Positions 19,237 through 29,161 of a DNA stretch of 64,000 bases are shown piece by piece. The notes under the pieces are model-generated. The model was given only the letters and a program-made list of their open reading frames with translations, searched no databases and was not told the origin of the DNA. Each line of letters begins with the position of its first letter. Within the stretch, counting starts at the first letter, position 1. The stretch covers positions 1 to 64,000 of IMG/VR virus record IMGVR_UViG_3300036715_004471, one strand, 5' to 3'. Both the position numbers and the translations under genes were made by a program.

Positions 19237-19883
19237 ATTTTTTTATATTCTTGTACGGATCCAAGTATAGAGTGTAACAATTTGGTATCACAAACTCTTA
19301 ATTGTACAACACCATACAAAAGTTTTGGTCTCTTGCTTTTAGATGAGCAAGGTTTTTTATTTACCATAGTTGCATGTAAACAACTTCTTGGCAAAGAAAG
19401 AAAATCTAACCAATAACTTTCTATCTCTTCAACAAATAATCCGTTATTTGTATAACAATTTATCTGTATTTTAATTTTATTTTCGGGAACTTGATAAAAC
19501 TCTTTTAAGAATTGAAGGAAGAATTTTATCATATTAGGATCCGAATTGGTTAAACCACAATGTTTGGTTTTATTTCCTTCACCCCAATATAACATACAAC
19601 CCATAGCATGGAACATGTTATTTTGTTTTGCTATTTCTTTTCCTTCTTCTTGGAACTTAGAATGACTTTGCCTAGCCCAATCTCTTTTAGATTTATTTCC
19701 AATTCTACTTTCAGAAGAATTCTTTTTTAATTTATCTTTTTGTTCTGTTGTTAATGTAATATCATACACCCATGTGTGTATGCTGCCGACGGAAACGTTT
19801 AACTCTTTAGCTATTTTTTTGATTGAGAGCCCTTCTTTTCTTAACTCAATAGCTTTATTTTTCTGAACAGTTTTCTTTTTCAC
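19188..19883 (-). CDS. HTH plus LAGLIDADG-like putative homing endonuclease
   Basis: N-terminal HTH (GLSIKKIAKELNVS); GCMLYWGEG and NSDPNMIKFF; AT-rich. Confidence 0.7.
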   Translation of the reverse strand: MKKKTVQKNKAIELRKEGLSIKKIAKELNVSVGSIHTWVYDITLTTEQKDKLKKNSSESRIGNKSKRDWARQSHSKFQEEGKEIAKQNNMFHAMGCMLYWGEGNKTKHCGLTNSDPNMIKFFLQFLKEFYQVPENKIKIQINCYTNNGLFVEEIESYWLDFLSLPRSCLHATMVNKKPCSSKSKRPKLLYGVVQLRVCDTKLLHSILGSVQEYKKIWQIKNLFQLATTRNH

Positions 19884-20062
19884 ATGAACCCCACATGCTA
19901 TGATATGTAAATATTCATAGAGAGGTTCAAAAATTTTGATTTCTAAGCCCCTTTGTACCGCTATGCTTGCAAGTCCATGCTAAACAGGGAGGCTATGTTT
20001 TACAACGCGAAAACAATAAATCCGTTGCTACCAGTGGATCATATGGTATAAAATATATGTGA

Positions 20063-20254
20063 TTAGTTCTTCATGCCAGGATCCGTGTGCATGTGTCTAC
20101 TCACAACCTCTCCCAAGGCAGTGATAGAAAAGAATTCTTTATTGCCAACCACGACTCTTTTGGCAAGCCCCTTTTCAATAAGACCGTTCATTGCCTCATT
20201 GAATTCATTTTCATTCCAGTCGCCGCCCGGAAAACCAAAAAGCTTTTCATTCAT
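20063..20254 (-). CDS. small winged-helix-like protein
   Basis: LIEKGLA..FSITALG. Confidence 0.5.
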   Translation of the reverse strand: MNEKLFGFPGGDWNENEFNEAMNGLIEKGLAKRVVVGNKEFFSITALGEVVSRHMHTDPGMKN

Positions 20255-20284
20255 AATTTCATCTTCTTGTTTATCTCAAACTAT

Positions 20285-20370
<86 letters not shown>

Positions 20371-20395
20371 ACACCCACACCTTTCGATATGGATA

Positions 20396-20809
20396 TTATT
20401 TTGACTCAGTAAGATCCCTTACTCGATTGACATAGGAAGGGGACGTGCAATGACCAGCCACGTATTCCTTACATTTTTCCAAAGAGGAAGACCACTTGAT
20501 CGCTTGTACCAAGCCATTGAACACTACCTGCAAATCATGATAAGACTTACACGTAGACAGTGGAACAGTGGTGGTTTTGAAACAAAGATACCCATATTTA
20601 TTCCCGCTCTTGAGAATGTATCTCTGCATTTCAACCAGGTTTCCATGGGAGTTAACAGTTCTCACCAAGGTATCAATGACAGTAGGCGCAAGCTTGGAGA
20701 TAAGTAGCTCAAAAGAAGGCGCCGCGTTCCAAATCATCTTGGGAGCATACCCACGTCTCACTCTGCGAGGCTTCTCAAGTTTTGGAAACAGTACACGAAC
20801 ATCAGACAT
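20396..20809 (-). CDS. hypothetical protein, paralog of 20831..21304
   Basis: Shared DVxVLFP..RVRRG.AP and YGYL motifs. Confidence 0.7.
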   Translation of the reverse strand: MSDVRVLFPKLEKPRRVRRGYAPKMIWNAAPSFELLISKLAPTVIDTLVRTVNSHGNLVEMQRYILKSGNKYGYLCFKTTTVPLSTCKSYHDLQVVFNGLVQAIKWSSSLEKCKEYVAGHCTSPSYVNRVRDLTESK

Positions 20810-20830
20810 TTTATTTCTCCAAGCTGTTAG

Positions 20831-21304
20831 TTAAATGCCTAGCTCTCGCGCAGGAAGACCATTCGATGGGTTCTGCGCAGGCTCTTCAGGTTTGGGTATA
20901 AATTTTTCACGAAGCCTCTTCATGAAGTCTCCGTTATTAATTCTTGCCGTTGGTTTATTGGTATGAATACCAATCAACTCATCCAACGAACTATGCCAGT
21001 CGGGAGAGATGCAAATATCATCGTAAAGATATTGCAACTCCCTGTAATTGTTATATGAATTGGCAAGCGGATAATCTTTATCATCCACAAGCTTGAGATA
21101 ACCGTAGGAATTTTCTCTTTGAAGAAGATAGAAAAAAACAATCGTTCTATTCTCTTCCAGCTTCTCGGTGAAAAGAATTTTATGTGCTGCACTTACCATT
21201 TCATCAAATGTAGGCGGCACAATAAATTTACGGGGCGCTCGCCCTCGTCGTACTCTTTGCGTACGCTCTCTTCCAGGAAAGAGAACTTTTACGTCTGTTG
21301 ACAT
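20831..21304 (-). CDS. hypothetical protein, paralog of 20396..20809
   Basis: Same N-terminal motif. Confidence 0.7.
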   Translation of the reverse strand: MSTDVKVLFPGRERTQRVRRGRAPRKFIVPPTFDEMVSAAHKILFTEKLEENRTIVFFYLLQRENSYGYLKLVDDKDYPLANSYNNYRELQYLYDDICISPDWHSSLDELIGIHTNKPTARINNGDFMKRLREKFIPKPEEPAQNPSNGLPARELGI

Positions 21305-21305
21305 T

Positions 21306-21818
21306 TTATCTTTCCTTACAATTACAGGGATAACTAGGTTTCTTCTGACCGTTTGTTACCGTACATTTACGATTGCCATACTTACAATGACGATGGATAG
21401 CACAGCAATGCTCCGTATGAACATCCTTCTTATTGGCATCAAGGAAGAGCGGCTCAACCACTGGGGCGCCAGTTATAGAAGTCGACGGAGGGGCGACAGT
21501 TACAATTGACGTACTAATCACCTTACCACTCTCGTAAGTAGTTGCGATCATCTCGTCTGAATCACTATCATCGCCAGCATTAGCGAATGCCTTCATGCAA
21601 TGCTCGAACCAATCCGATGCTAGCTTTCTGGCATATTCAACAGTGGCACGATTAAGATCATTGTTATGCTCCAGCACATCTGCCAAAGAATATTTTCCAT
21701 CCTCAGTTTGAAACCACCACCTCAAACCAGCAGCACTGAAAGAGATAATAGTATCAACCTCTGCGCAAGAGAAAACAATTGATTCCGCGAACGCAATTTG
21801 AAAGATAGTCTTTTCCAT
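21306..21818 (-). CDS. hypothetical protein with Cys/His-rich C-terminus
   Basis: DVHTEHCCAIHRHCKYG..C..YPCNC. Confidence 0.65.
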   Translation of the reverse strand: MEKTIFQIAFAESIVFSCAEVDTIISFSAAGLRWWFQTEDGKYSLADVLEHNNDLNRATVEYARKLASDWFEHCMKAFANAGDDSDSDEMIATTYESGKVISTSIVTVAPPSTSITGAPVVEPLFLDANKKDVHTEHCCAIHRHCKYGNRKCTVTNGQKKPSYPCNCKER

Positions 21819-21853
21819 GTCTTGTCTTTCGCAAGAGAGGTTGATGGGTAGGT

Positions 21854-22843
21854 TTACTCAAACAGATCGGAAACCGATCCACACCGATGAATTCTTTCAA
21901 TCGCCACACGCAGCATCATCGCACAAGATACAACTCTAATCTTTGCGGAAGCCTTAGCTTCCGCAGAAAGCGGAATAGAATCTGATACGATTACTTCTGA
22001 TAGTAGGGACTCATTGATTCTTTGAATTGCCGGACCAGAAAGTACCGCGTGTGTTGCGCATCCAATAACTTGGTTTGCACCAGCCTTCATTAGAGCGTCC
22101 CCGGCTTGACATAGAGTTCCAGTAGTGTCAATGATATCATCAACCAAGATACAATTCTTGTCAGCAATATCGCCGATGATATGCATTACTTCTGATTCGT
22201 TTGGTTTGTCTCTACGCTTGTCGATAATAGCTAGTCCACAACCACCAAGCTTTTTGGCAAAGTTTCTGGCTCGCTTTACACCACCAACATCAGGTGAAAC
22301 AACGACAGTATTGTGAGGTTGCCAATCTTTATAGTTATGAGAAAGATCGTAGCACAAGAACGGCGCGGACTGAAGGTTGTCGAACAGAGGAGTTTCAAAG
22401 AATCCCTGAATCTGGGTAGAATGAACATCCAGAATAGCAACTCTATCAACGCCAGACTTGATAATCAAACCGCTTACCAACTTCGCAGTGATGGGTGTCC
22501 TCGGCGCAACCTGTCTATCTTGACGAGCATATCCATAGTAAGGAATAACTGCGGTCACAGAATCGGCAGCTGCTCTCTTCAAAGCATCTGCCATAATGCA
22601 CATCTCCATAATATTGTCGTTATGGGGCGCACAGGTAGACTGCAAAATATAGCAATCCATTCCTCTGACAGATTCTTTGATGGAGAAGAATGTCTCTCCA
22701 TCAGAAAAATGACTAATGACACCCTGACCTCGTGTCGGTGGAGCCGGAAAACCAACCAGCTTATCCACCTCATGATAATCAAAGAATTTATCGAAAAGCT
22801 CCGGATTGGAGCGTCCCACGAAAACCCTGATGTCACTATTCAT
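21854..22843 (-). CDS. prs: ribose-phosphate pyrophosphokinase
   Basis: FSDGE, PYYGYARQDR, DVHSTQIQGFF, VVSPDVGGVKRA, DKRR, DDIIDT. Confidence 0.95.
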   Translation of the reverse strand: MNSDIRVFVGRSNPELFDKFFDYHEVDKLVGFPAPPTRGQGVISHFSDGETFFSIKESVRGMDCYILQSTCAPHNDNIMEMCIMADALKRAAADSVTAVIPYYGYARQDRQVAPRTPITAKLVSGLIIKSGVDRVAILDVHSTQIQGFFETPLFDNLQSAPFLCYDLSHNYKDWQPHNTVVVSPDVGGVKRARNFAKKLGGCGLAIIDKRRDKPNESEVMHIIGDIADKNCILVDDIIDTTGTLCQAGDALMKAGANQVIGCATHAVLSGPAIQRINESLLSEVIVSDSIPLSAEAKASAKIRVVSCAMMLRVAIERIHRCGSVSDLFE

Positions 22844-22844
22844 A

Positions 22845-23915
22845 TTATCTTCCATTCTGATGAGACCAGCCAGAATCAATCTCCAGATCTAAATCCCTGG
22901 CGATACAAGGCAAATAGATAGTAGAAATATGTTCCAATTCTGACATGTTAGAAGCCGTTCTCAAATCATGTGAACCGTATTCGCCAAGAGATATAACGTA
23001 TCCGGGATCTCTCAAATCACCGTAAATTCCATTATGTTGATAGCCTTTGCTATAATCACGATCTTGACCCATGTTAAAACCGCGGGCTCGGTAATACTCT
23101 AGGCTTGGTCGCTGAGGATATTGCGAATGATCATCTGCCAATTCCTCATGAGATTCCACCCGGTCCAGCACAGTCTTTACGAAATCATCTGGAGACATAC
23201 CGCCTTCCTTCTGACCTCGTAGAAGCACATTGTTCAGCTGTGTTTTGGTGAGCTTGCCGGCAACCAACTCTCTCAGTTCATTTACGTAATTATCATGAGC
23301 CTGATGCGTTCTCTTCTCATTGAGAATCATATCAATGTGCTCAAAATCTTTTCCTAGAACCTTGGCGTAAAGCTCTTGAATATCTTCCACCCGCCACTTG
23401 CCCTGTGTTGATTCGTAGCTCCTCCAAATTCTTCTAACGTGGAAGTGATGTCGTTCTCTATCGTATCTAGCAGTAGGCATCTGCGTGTACACGTACATGT
23501 AATCGCGACATTGATTGGTATGAATTATCACTTTAGTGTTAGGGTTCGCGGCTGGAAGCCAGAACACATCGCCATCGGCGTCTCCATACATCAAAGAGTT
23601 TTCTTCATCATGACCTTTATCTACTAAGGCTTGATGAATAGCCACCACATGAGGAATCATGATCTTTTTGACAACCAAAGTCCAATAAGCATCAATGTCC
23701 CAATTCAAATAAAGAGAGCCACAGGTCTGTTCAAAATATTTTTTGGCAAAAGCTTCTCGAGCTTTATCTTCATCTGAAGAGTGTCGATCTTCCCAAGACT
23801 CATCCTCGAAAAATTCAAATGGTTCCTGAACCATTTGAGCAGAGTTGAATGGCTCTTTTCTTTTTTGTTCCAACTGCTTAATGGCAAGTTTTGCCAATAA
23901 CTCTTCTCTCTTCAT
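22845..23915 (-). CDS. hypothetical protein
   Basis: 356 aa ORF. Confidence 0.7.
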   Translation of the reverse strand: MKREELLAKLAIKQLEQKRKEPFNSAQMVQEPFEFFEDESWEDRHSSDEDKAREAFAKKYFEQTCGSLYLNWDIDAYWTLVVKKIMIPHVVAIHQALVDKGHDEENSLMYGDADGDVFWLPAANPNTKVIIHTNQCRDYMYVYTQMPTARYDRERHHFHVRRIWRSYESTQGKWRVEDIQELYAKVLGKDFEHIDMILNEKRTHQAHDNYVNELRELVAGKLTKTQLNNVLLRGQKEGGMSPDDFVKTVLDRVESHEELADDHSQYPQRPSLEYYRARGFNMGQDRDYSKGYQHNGIYGDLRDPGYVISLGEYGSHDLRTASNMSELEHISTIYLPCIARDLDLEIDSGWSHQNGR

Positions 23916-23918
23916 GAA

Positions 23919-24722
23919 TCAATCCTCGTCGTCAAAATCTTCATCATCCTCATCGTCATTGTCATCGTCGATGGAATCGTTTTCCTTATCCCCAAGATGA
24001 TAAGGAAACATACCATATTCAACCACGGAGTGGTGAATGATAGTATCGTGTTCTCTTCCATTGAAGTCCAAATATTTGGTAGCTTCTTTACCAAAGACCT
24101 CAAACATCATCTTCGCTTGTTCAGCGGACAGCGAGGTAACAGTGAAGCACTCCAGAAAATCTTTCTTGTTTCTGTATTCACAGGCTTCATTGGTTCCAAA
24201 GCCCGCATGAATTCTTTTCATGGGAACTCGATTTTGCCAAGTCTCCCACTCTTGAACGGTAAAGATTCTAAAACCGTCCACATCAAACTCATCGGCATAG
24301 TTATCGGCATACTTCACCAAAACATAATCAACGCCTTCAAAAAGCAAAGGCGTCGTAGTCTCTGTCCGAGGCTTACGCTTGGCGAGATACTGCTGATAAA
24401 GAATTTCCGCCGAAGCAATCTTTCGGTCAAACAGTTTCATAAACTTGCCCTTGATTGATCCAAAGGTCAACTCAGTATATCTGGCGCTATCTTTCCACCA
24501 ACGATACTGTTCCGATTGCTTCAACTCATCATTCAACAGATGAACATTACTGTAGTAACTTGGAACTTTGGCGATGATTCTAACCAAATCTTCCACATAT
24601 CCGAGCTCAATGCGATGGTCGGCGTAATCCATGATTACTAGAACCTGCTCTTCAAAAGCAGGCTCTTCAAGGATTCTTTTCGCCTCTTGGTAATGTTCTA
24701 GATACAGATGATCGCCGCTCAT
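23919..24722 (-). CDS. hypothetical protein with acidic tail
   Basis: 267 aa; NYADEFDVDGF, FGTNE. Confidence 0.7.
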   Translation of the reverse strand: MSGDHLYLEHYQEAKRILEEPAFEEQVLVIMDYADHRIELGYVEDLVRIIAKVPSYYSNVHLLNDELKQSEQYRWWKDSARYTELTFGSIKGKFMKLFDRKIASAEILYQQYLAKRKPRTETTTPLLFEGVDYVLVKYADNYADEFDVDGFRIFTVQEWETWQNRVPMKRIHAGFGTNEACEYRNKKDFLECFTVTSLSAEQAKMMFEVFGKEATKYLDFNGREHDTIIHHSVVEYGMFPYHLGDKENDSIDDDNDDEDDEDFDDED

Positions 24723-24725
24723 GAT

Positions 24726-24959
24726 TTACTTAGTTCTCTTGAGAGTTATTTCGATTCCGCCAGAAAGATAGACTGTTACAGTTTCGCCAATTTGCATATG
24801 CCTAGGAATAGAAACGCTCTCAGTCTCTCGTTCTCTTGGGGCACTGTAATCGTATGACGTCTTACCAGATGCTTTATCGTAAGGACAGTCGCCCAGATAC
24901 GCGTGTTCGTGCCCACACATGTAGCAATAATATCCAATCATTCTTCTTCTCCCGGACAT
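24726..24959 (-). CDS. small Cys/His protein
   Basis: CYMCGHEH..CP. Confidence 0.55.
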   Translation of the reverse strand: MSGRRRMIGYYCYMCGHEHAYLGDCPYDKASGKTSYDYSAPRERETESVSIPRHMQIGETVTVYLSGGIEITLKRTK

Positions 24960-25135
24960 GGATCGTCGGGATATCTGACCCCACCATATCCAACGCTTCC
25001 AAAAGCATGAGCCCCACAGACCGTACAGATATCATCAACGCTACTATTAGTATCAATGATCCAGTTGTGAGCTCTGCGCTCTTTTGGCTCAACAGGAGCC
25101 AAATGACTCTCGATATTCATTTCTCTCCCGGACAT
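24938..25135 (-). CDS. small Zn-finger-like protein
   Basis: HNW..DDICTVCG..GVRYP..CPGE. Confidence 0.6.
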   Translation of the reverse strand: MSGREMNIESHLAPVEPKERRAHNWIIDTNSSVDDICTVCGAHAFGSVGYGGVRYPDDPCPGEEE

Positions 25136-25455
25136 GAAGCGAAGGGATACATTACCCCCTCTTCATCATAGTAAGGTGCAACGTAGCCACACCTAACACA
25201 AATCTCATCCAGAGAATCAGGAGAGTCGACCGACGTCCAAAGATGATCGGGATCTGATTTGTTTTGATCATGATATTCTTCGATCACGATCGAAACTTTG
25301 TATGCGCCCGAACCATTCGGCAACTTGGGAATTGCTAAATCTACAAATGCTTTTCCAACACTACCATGATAGTGATAGTCGGGATCATCCTCATACCATC
25401 CCATATCACGGCAGTCAAACCTTACTATATCCGTATGCACAATCGGGTCCATCAA
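25117..25455 (-). CDS. protein with the same C-terminal Zn-finger-like domain
   Basis: HLW..DEICVRCG..GVMYP..CPGE. Confidence 0.6.
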   Translation of the reverse strand: MMDPIVHTDIVRFDCRDMGWYEDDPDYHYHGSVGKAFVDLAIPKLPNGSGAYKVSIVIEEYHDQNKSDPDHLWTSVDSPDSLDEICVRCGYVAPYYDEEGVMYPFASCPGEK

Positions 25456-25727
25456 ACCTTCTCCAACAAACCCGGAAGACGAGAAACGAAATCAGCATCA
25501 ATAGTGCTGACGGCTTCTCTACGATCCTTTTCGGTATCCGAAGGAAGAGAAACTAAATGTTTGCGCAAGCACTCTTCCAAATCTTCTTTGGCAAGTCGAA
25601 GACCAATGGCTTTGGTTTCTTCAACAGCCAATTTCTTTTTGAGATCATTGGTTCGAAGTTTGGAACCAGCCAATCTCTCACTCAACCCGGCGATATCTTC
25701 ACGCAAGCGCTTCTCTTTATCATCCAC
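25452..25727 (-). CDS. coiled-coil hypothetical protein
   Basis: 91 aa with GAGG RBS. Confidence 0.6.
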   Translation of the reverse strand: MDDKEKRLREDIAGLSERLAGSKLRTNDLKKKLAVEETKAIGLRLAKEDLEECLRKHLVSLPSDTEKDRREAVSTIDADFVSRLPGLLEKV

Positions 25728-25735
25728 AATTCACC

Positions 25736-25921
25736 TCATTTGGGCAACATGTCAAGGTCTTCCGACGAAGACAGAACTGGAATCGTAGTGATCTCAAACT
25801 CTTCGCCTTCCCAAAACACCTTGTCAAGATGTGCCTTGGTCAATTCAGCCATAGCCGCATTCTCACAGGCTACAACATAATTGGGGTACGATTTACTGGT
25901 GAGTACAATTACGGTTCCCAT
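25736..25921 (-). CDS. hypothetical protein
   Basis: 61 aa ORF. Confidence 0.5.
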   Translation of the reverse strand: MGTVIVLTSKSYPNYVVACENAAMAELTKAHLDKVFWEGEEFEITTIPVLSSSEDLDMLPK

Positions 25922-26071
25922 GTTACCCTATCTTTTGGGATTGGAGTTAAAATTTCCAGCTTTTTAATCATTGCGTGCATATGCACACATGCTGAGATAG
26001 AGGCTGGGTAAACTATCTATATTTGCCATTACGCGTGGCGCGCCACTAGCTTTTGTGAAAAGCTAGAAAAC

Positions 26072-26359
26072 TCAAGCCGACTTCGGCGCTACTTCAATCA
26101 CCTTGCTAAGCAAACCGGGAGCCACGGTCCACTGCATACCTGCATCAGTTACCACCTTGGCGTTCTTGCGGTTAATGCCGAGGAACTTTCCACGAATGGT
26201 GCCGCGCTTGGACTCAAACTGCACAGTCTCTCCGAGGCGGAAAGACATGCCGTTCTCGGCGCCCAACTGATCAAATCGTAGCCTAACCATTGCATTCATT
26301 GCGGTCAGGTCTTCGCGAGAAGCAGTGCGGATCTAAGTCCTCACATCTTCAAAGGTCAC
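26072..26359 (-). CDS. SH3-like hypothetical protein with in-frame TAG at codon 9
   Basis: GTG overlapping upstream TGA, MTFEDVRT*IRTASREDLTA then the 75-aa ORF (FRLGETVQF..WTVAPGLL). Confidence 0.6.
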
Positions 26360-26580
26360 TTCGACACCCCATTCGCTTCCATCCACAGACGCATGCCCTC
26401 ATCCGTGGCATTGATCTCGGAAACGATCTCGAATCCGCGCCCAACCTCCACGTTCTCGTAGAAGCCGGTCTCTTCATCCTGAACCCAGCCGAAGTATACC
26501 TTGTCACGGGTCGCCGTAACAATCTTGTTCGTCTTCTCACCCGGCGCACTCATCTTACCAGTTATTGCACAACGAAACAT
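26356..26580 (-). CDS. hypothetical protein
   Basis: MFRCAITG..GFEIVSE; AGGA RBS. Confidence 0.65.
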   Translation of the reverse strand: MFRCAITGKMSAPGEKTNKIVTATRDKVYFGWVQDEETGFYENVEVGRGFEIVSEINATDEGMRLWMEANGVSK

Positions 26581-26638
26581 TTTTTTGTTTCCTATTCTAT
26601 CAATTATGATATATGTTTATGTAAGGAGTTACATAAAC

Positions 26639-27304
26639 ATGAAAAATTCAAAAGATACTTCTCAAGAAAGATTTTGGAAAAAAGTAACCAAAGCTTTGGA
26701 AAATGAATGTTGGCTTTGGACGGGATGTAAACAAGGCAGCAATGGTTACGGGTATTTCCGAATTAGTAAAGATGCTGGTAACCAAGTCGCTCACCGTTTT
26801 TCGTATGAACTTCACAAGGGGCAAATTCCGATGGGAATGATTGTTTGCCACACCTGCGATAACCCTATTTGCGTTAATCCTAATCATCTGTTTGTGGGAA
26901 CACATCAGGATAACGCCATCGACCGAGAATCAAAAAAAAGAAGTGATTATTCTAAAATCACTAAACTCACTGAAAAACAAGCTCAAGAAATTAAATCTTC
27001 TAATTTATCACAAAGTAGTTTATCCAAACTATATAAAGTAAGTAGAAGAACTATAGCTTCAATCCAATGCGGAGAGACGTGGAAGCACGTACGCACACAT
27101 ATTCAAGTAACTTCGTCTACCGAATATGTTTGTGTCGTTTGTAACAATTCATGTACAAAAACGATTTACAAAGATAATGGGTATAAATATCGAAAGATTC
27201 GTGATGATGTATGTTTGCGTTGCAATAAAGCTTTGGCTCTATTAAATAATGATTTACAAAATTTAATTAGAGCCAAAACCTATCTGGAGACTAATCTGGT
27301 TTAA
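26639..27304 (+). CDS. HNH homing endonuclease
   Basis: CWLWTG..GYG..AHRFSY..VCHTCDNPICVNPNHL; AAGGAG RBS. Confidence 0.9.
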   Translation: MKNSKDTSQERFWKKVTKALENECWLWTGCKQGSNGYGYFRISKDAGNQVAHRFSYELHKGQIPMGMIVCHTCDNPICVNPNHLFVGTHQDNAIDRESKKRSDYSKITKLTEKQAQEIKSSNLSQSSLSKLYKVSRRTIASIQCGETWKHVRTHIQVTSSTEYVCVVCNNSCTKTIYKDNGYKYRKIRDDVCLRCNKALALLNNDLQNLIRAKTYLETNLV

Positions 27305-27487
27305 TCAAATAAACTCCGGTGGAAATAAATCCACTACAACGTGGACTAATTCGACGTGTGTACTTATCCGTCCAAATATGCCGACCATTTACAAGTCGGC
27401 ATCCCTGTCTTCCAGACATTTCATTGTAACTGTCATTATGATCTTGCTGTGATGCCACGACAGTTTTGTTATTCTCCAATGAATTCA

Positions 27488-28882
27488 TCAGTAGATGATT
27501 TTGTTTTCGAACTTGTGACTGCCGAACTTTTCGTTGATGGTACGCCACACATTTTTACCATCACCCTCCGAATGCTCAATCCATTTTCCATTCATGGTCC
27601 AAGCAGTGGTCATGTCGCCAAGGTCATTTACCAAGGTGCCGATACCATTTTGGAAAACATCCCAGATGATATCTCTTGCTTTTGCCGGGGGAATGTCGCT
27701 TGACAGATCAGGCACGCCAGCAGCTGCACCGCCATTGCAAATTGGCCAAGCCGCCTGAAACAACTTCATCATGATATCTTTGTTTCTATTCATGATGGCG
27801 CGAGACTTATCAACATCCAAATCCATCATACAGGAAATGACTTCATCTTCGGATGTGTCCCAGAATTTTCCAAGATCCTTCTTACCCAGAATGACACACT
27901 TGCGCGCAAAATCATACACCAAGTTAGCAACCATCGGATGAATTAACCAGGAATTACTCAGAGCATGATATTCAAGCCCTGAACCAGTGACCTTGTAATC
28001 ACCGGGCAGGCTTCCCAGTTTGCTGTAATCTGGATGATTATATCCGTTCAGCAAAGACACGCACGCGCATCCAAGCGTAGCATCCAACACTTTGGTGATC
28101 GATGATGCTCTCTCATCTGAGAGCCCGCGGAAATCATAAAGATGAAATTGAATTGCTCCACGAGCGGTACGATATCTGATCGTTTTAGCATCAGGGCACC
28201 TCGAACTTGCGCTATCAATTCTCTTGATACCGTAAGCGTTCTTAATATCTGAACCAATTCCAAACGCAAGAGTCTGAACGTCAGCCTCCGCAAGCTGCTT
28301 GTCAGACAAAACCATTACTGATTTGTTGGAGATTCTTGCCTTGGGATCAACCTTTCGAGCCGAGGCATACATGTCATGCAGTCCAAATGCCATCGAATCA
28401 ATGGCGCGGGCGAGGCAAACACAAGAGGCGGTCTGAACTGCACCGCCAAATCCAATGCGAGATGCTGTCACCTTACCATCATAACCCGGAGACTTAACCT
28501 GATCTTTCGCAATGAGAAACGTAGCGGGGACGCAAGCGCCATTCTCATCCTCCAAAAAGAATTCTCCCATAGCGGCATTGTCACCGTTATGATCTAATTC
28601 ATTGTGAAGATTCGAAAATCTATGTTTATCCCTAGCAGCAACGTGTTCAACCATTTCAGAGTCATCAAGAACGGTCAAGGCGGCGTCGTCAACAAGATAG
28701 TTGGCATACGACGTACCATCGAGGTACGTTACTGTCACGTAAATTTCATCGTGACCGTAATCTTGAATGGACGTAACCAAAACGGTATCATGGGCAAACT
28801 TACCTTTGTTCGCCAGCTTGACACCAATGTTGCGACGATTCTTAACCCAATCGTTCACCAACTCACGTGCGTTCGTAATCAT
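27488..28882 (-). CDS. degenerate phiEco32-like COOH-NH2 ligase paralog
   Basis: Aligns by eye to 62749..63993 (NAYG, LDATLGCACVSL, LPGDYK, LEYHALSNSWL) but lacks several catalytic residues. Confidence 0.75.
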   Translation of the reverse strand: MITNARELVNDWVKNRRNIGVKLANKGKFAHDTVLVTSIQDYGHDEIYVTVTYLDGTSYANYLVDDAALTVLDDSEMVEHVAARDKHRFSNLHNELDHNGDNAAMGEFFLEDENGACVPATFLIAKDQVKSPGYDGKVTASRIGFGGAVQTASCVCLARAIDSMAFGLHDMYASARKVDPKARISNKSVMVLSDKQLAEADVQTLAFGIGSDIKNAYGIKRIDSASSRCPDAKTIRYRTARGAIQFHLYDFRGLSDERASSITKVLDATLGCACVSLLNGYNHPDYSKLGSLPGDYKVTGSGLEYHALSNSWLIHPMVANLVYDFARKCVILGKKDLGKFWDTSEDEVISCMMDLDVDKSRAIMNRNKDIMMKLFQAAWPICNGGAAAGVPDLSSDIPPAKARDIIWDVFQNGIGTLVNDLGDMTTAWTMNGKWIEHSEGDGKNVWRTINEKFGSHKFENKIIY

Positions 28883-29022
28883 GTTTTTGTTCCCTTACTT
28901 TCTGATGAAGATGGTTGTCTGATGGGAGGGTCCAGCCCTCCCCAGACTTTTCTATTCTGTGTTATGATCCTGACGCTTACGTCTTACTTAGATCTCGAGC
29001 CCCTGAGTCCCGGAATCTTTTG

Positions 29023-29049
29023 AGGGAAGCAAGCCGTGCTTGCTTCCCT
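29023..29049. other. 12-bp intergenic hairpin
   Basis: agggaagcaagc-cgt-gcttgcttccct. Confidence 0.55.
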
Positions 29050-29161
29050 GTACGTGAACATACATCTCACCAACTCTATCTCTCAGATCATTGATTTTTG
29101 TTCTGCGATATACTAACCTATCTCCCGGAAAGTAATCTCTTACTATGTCTCTTCGTTGCTA

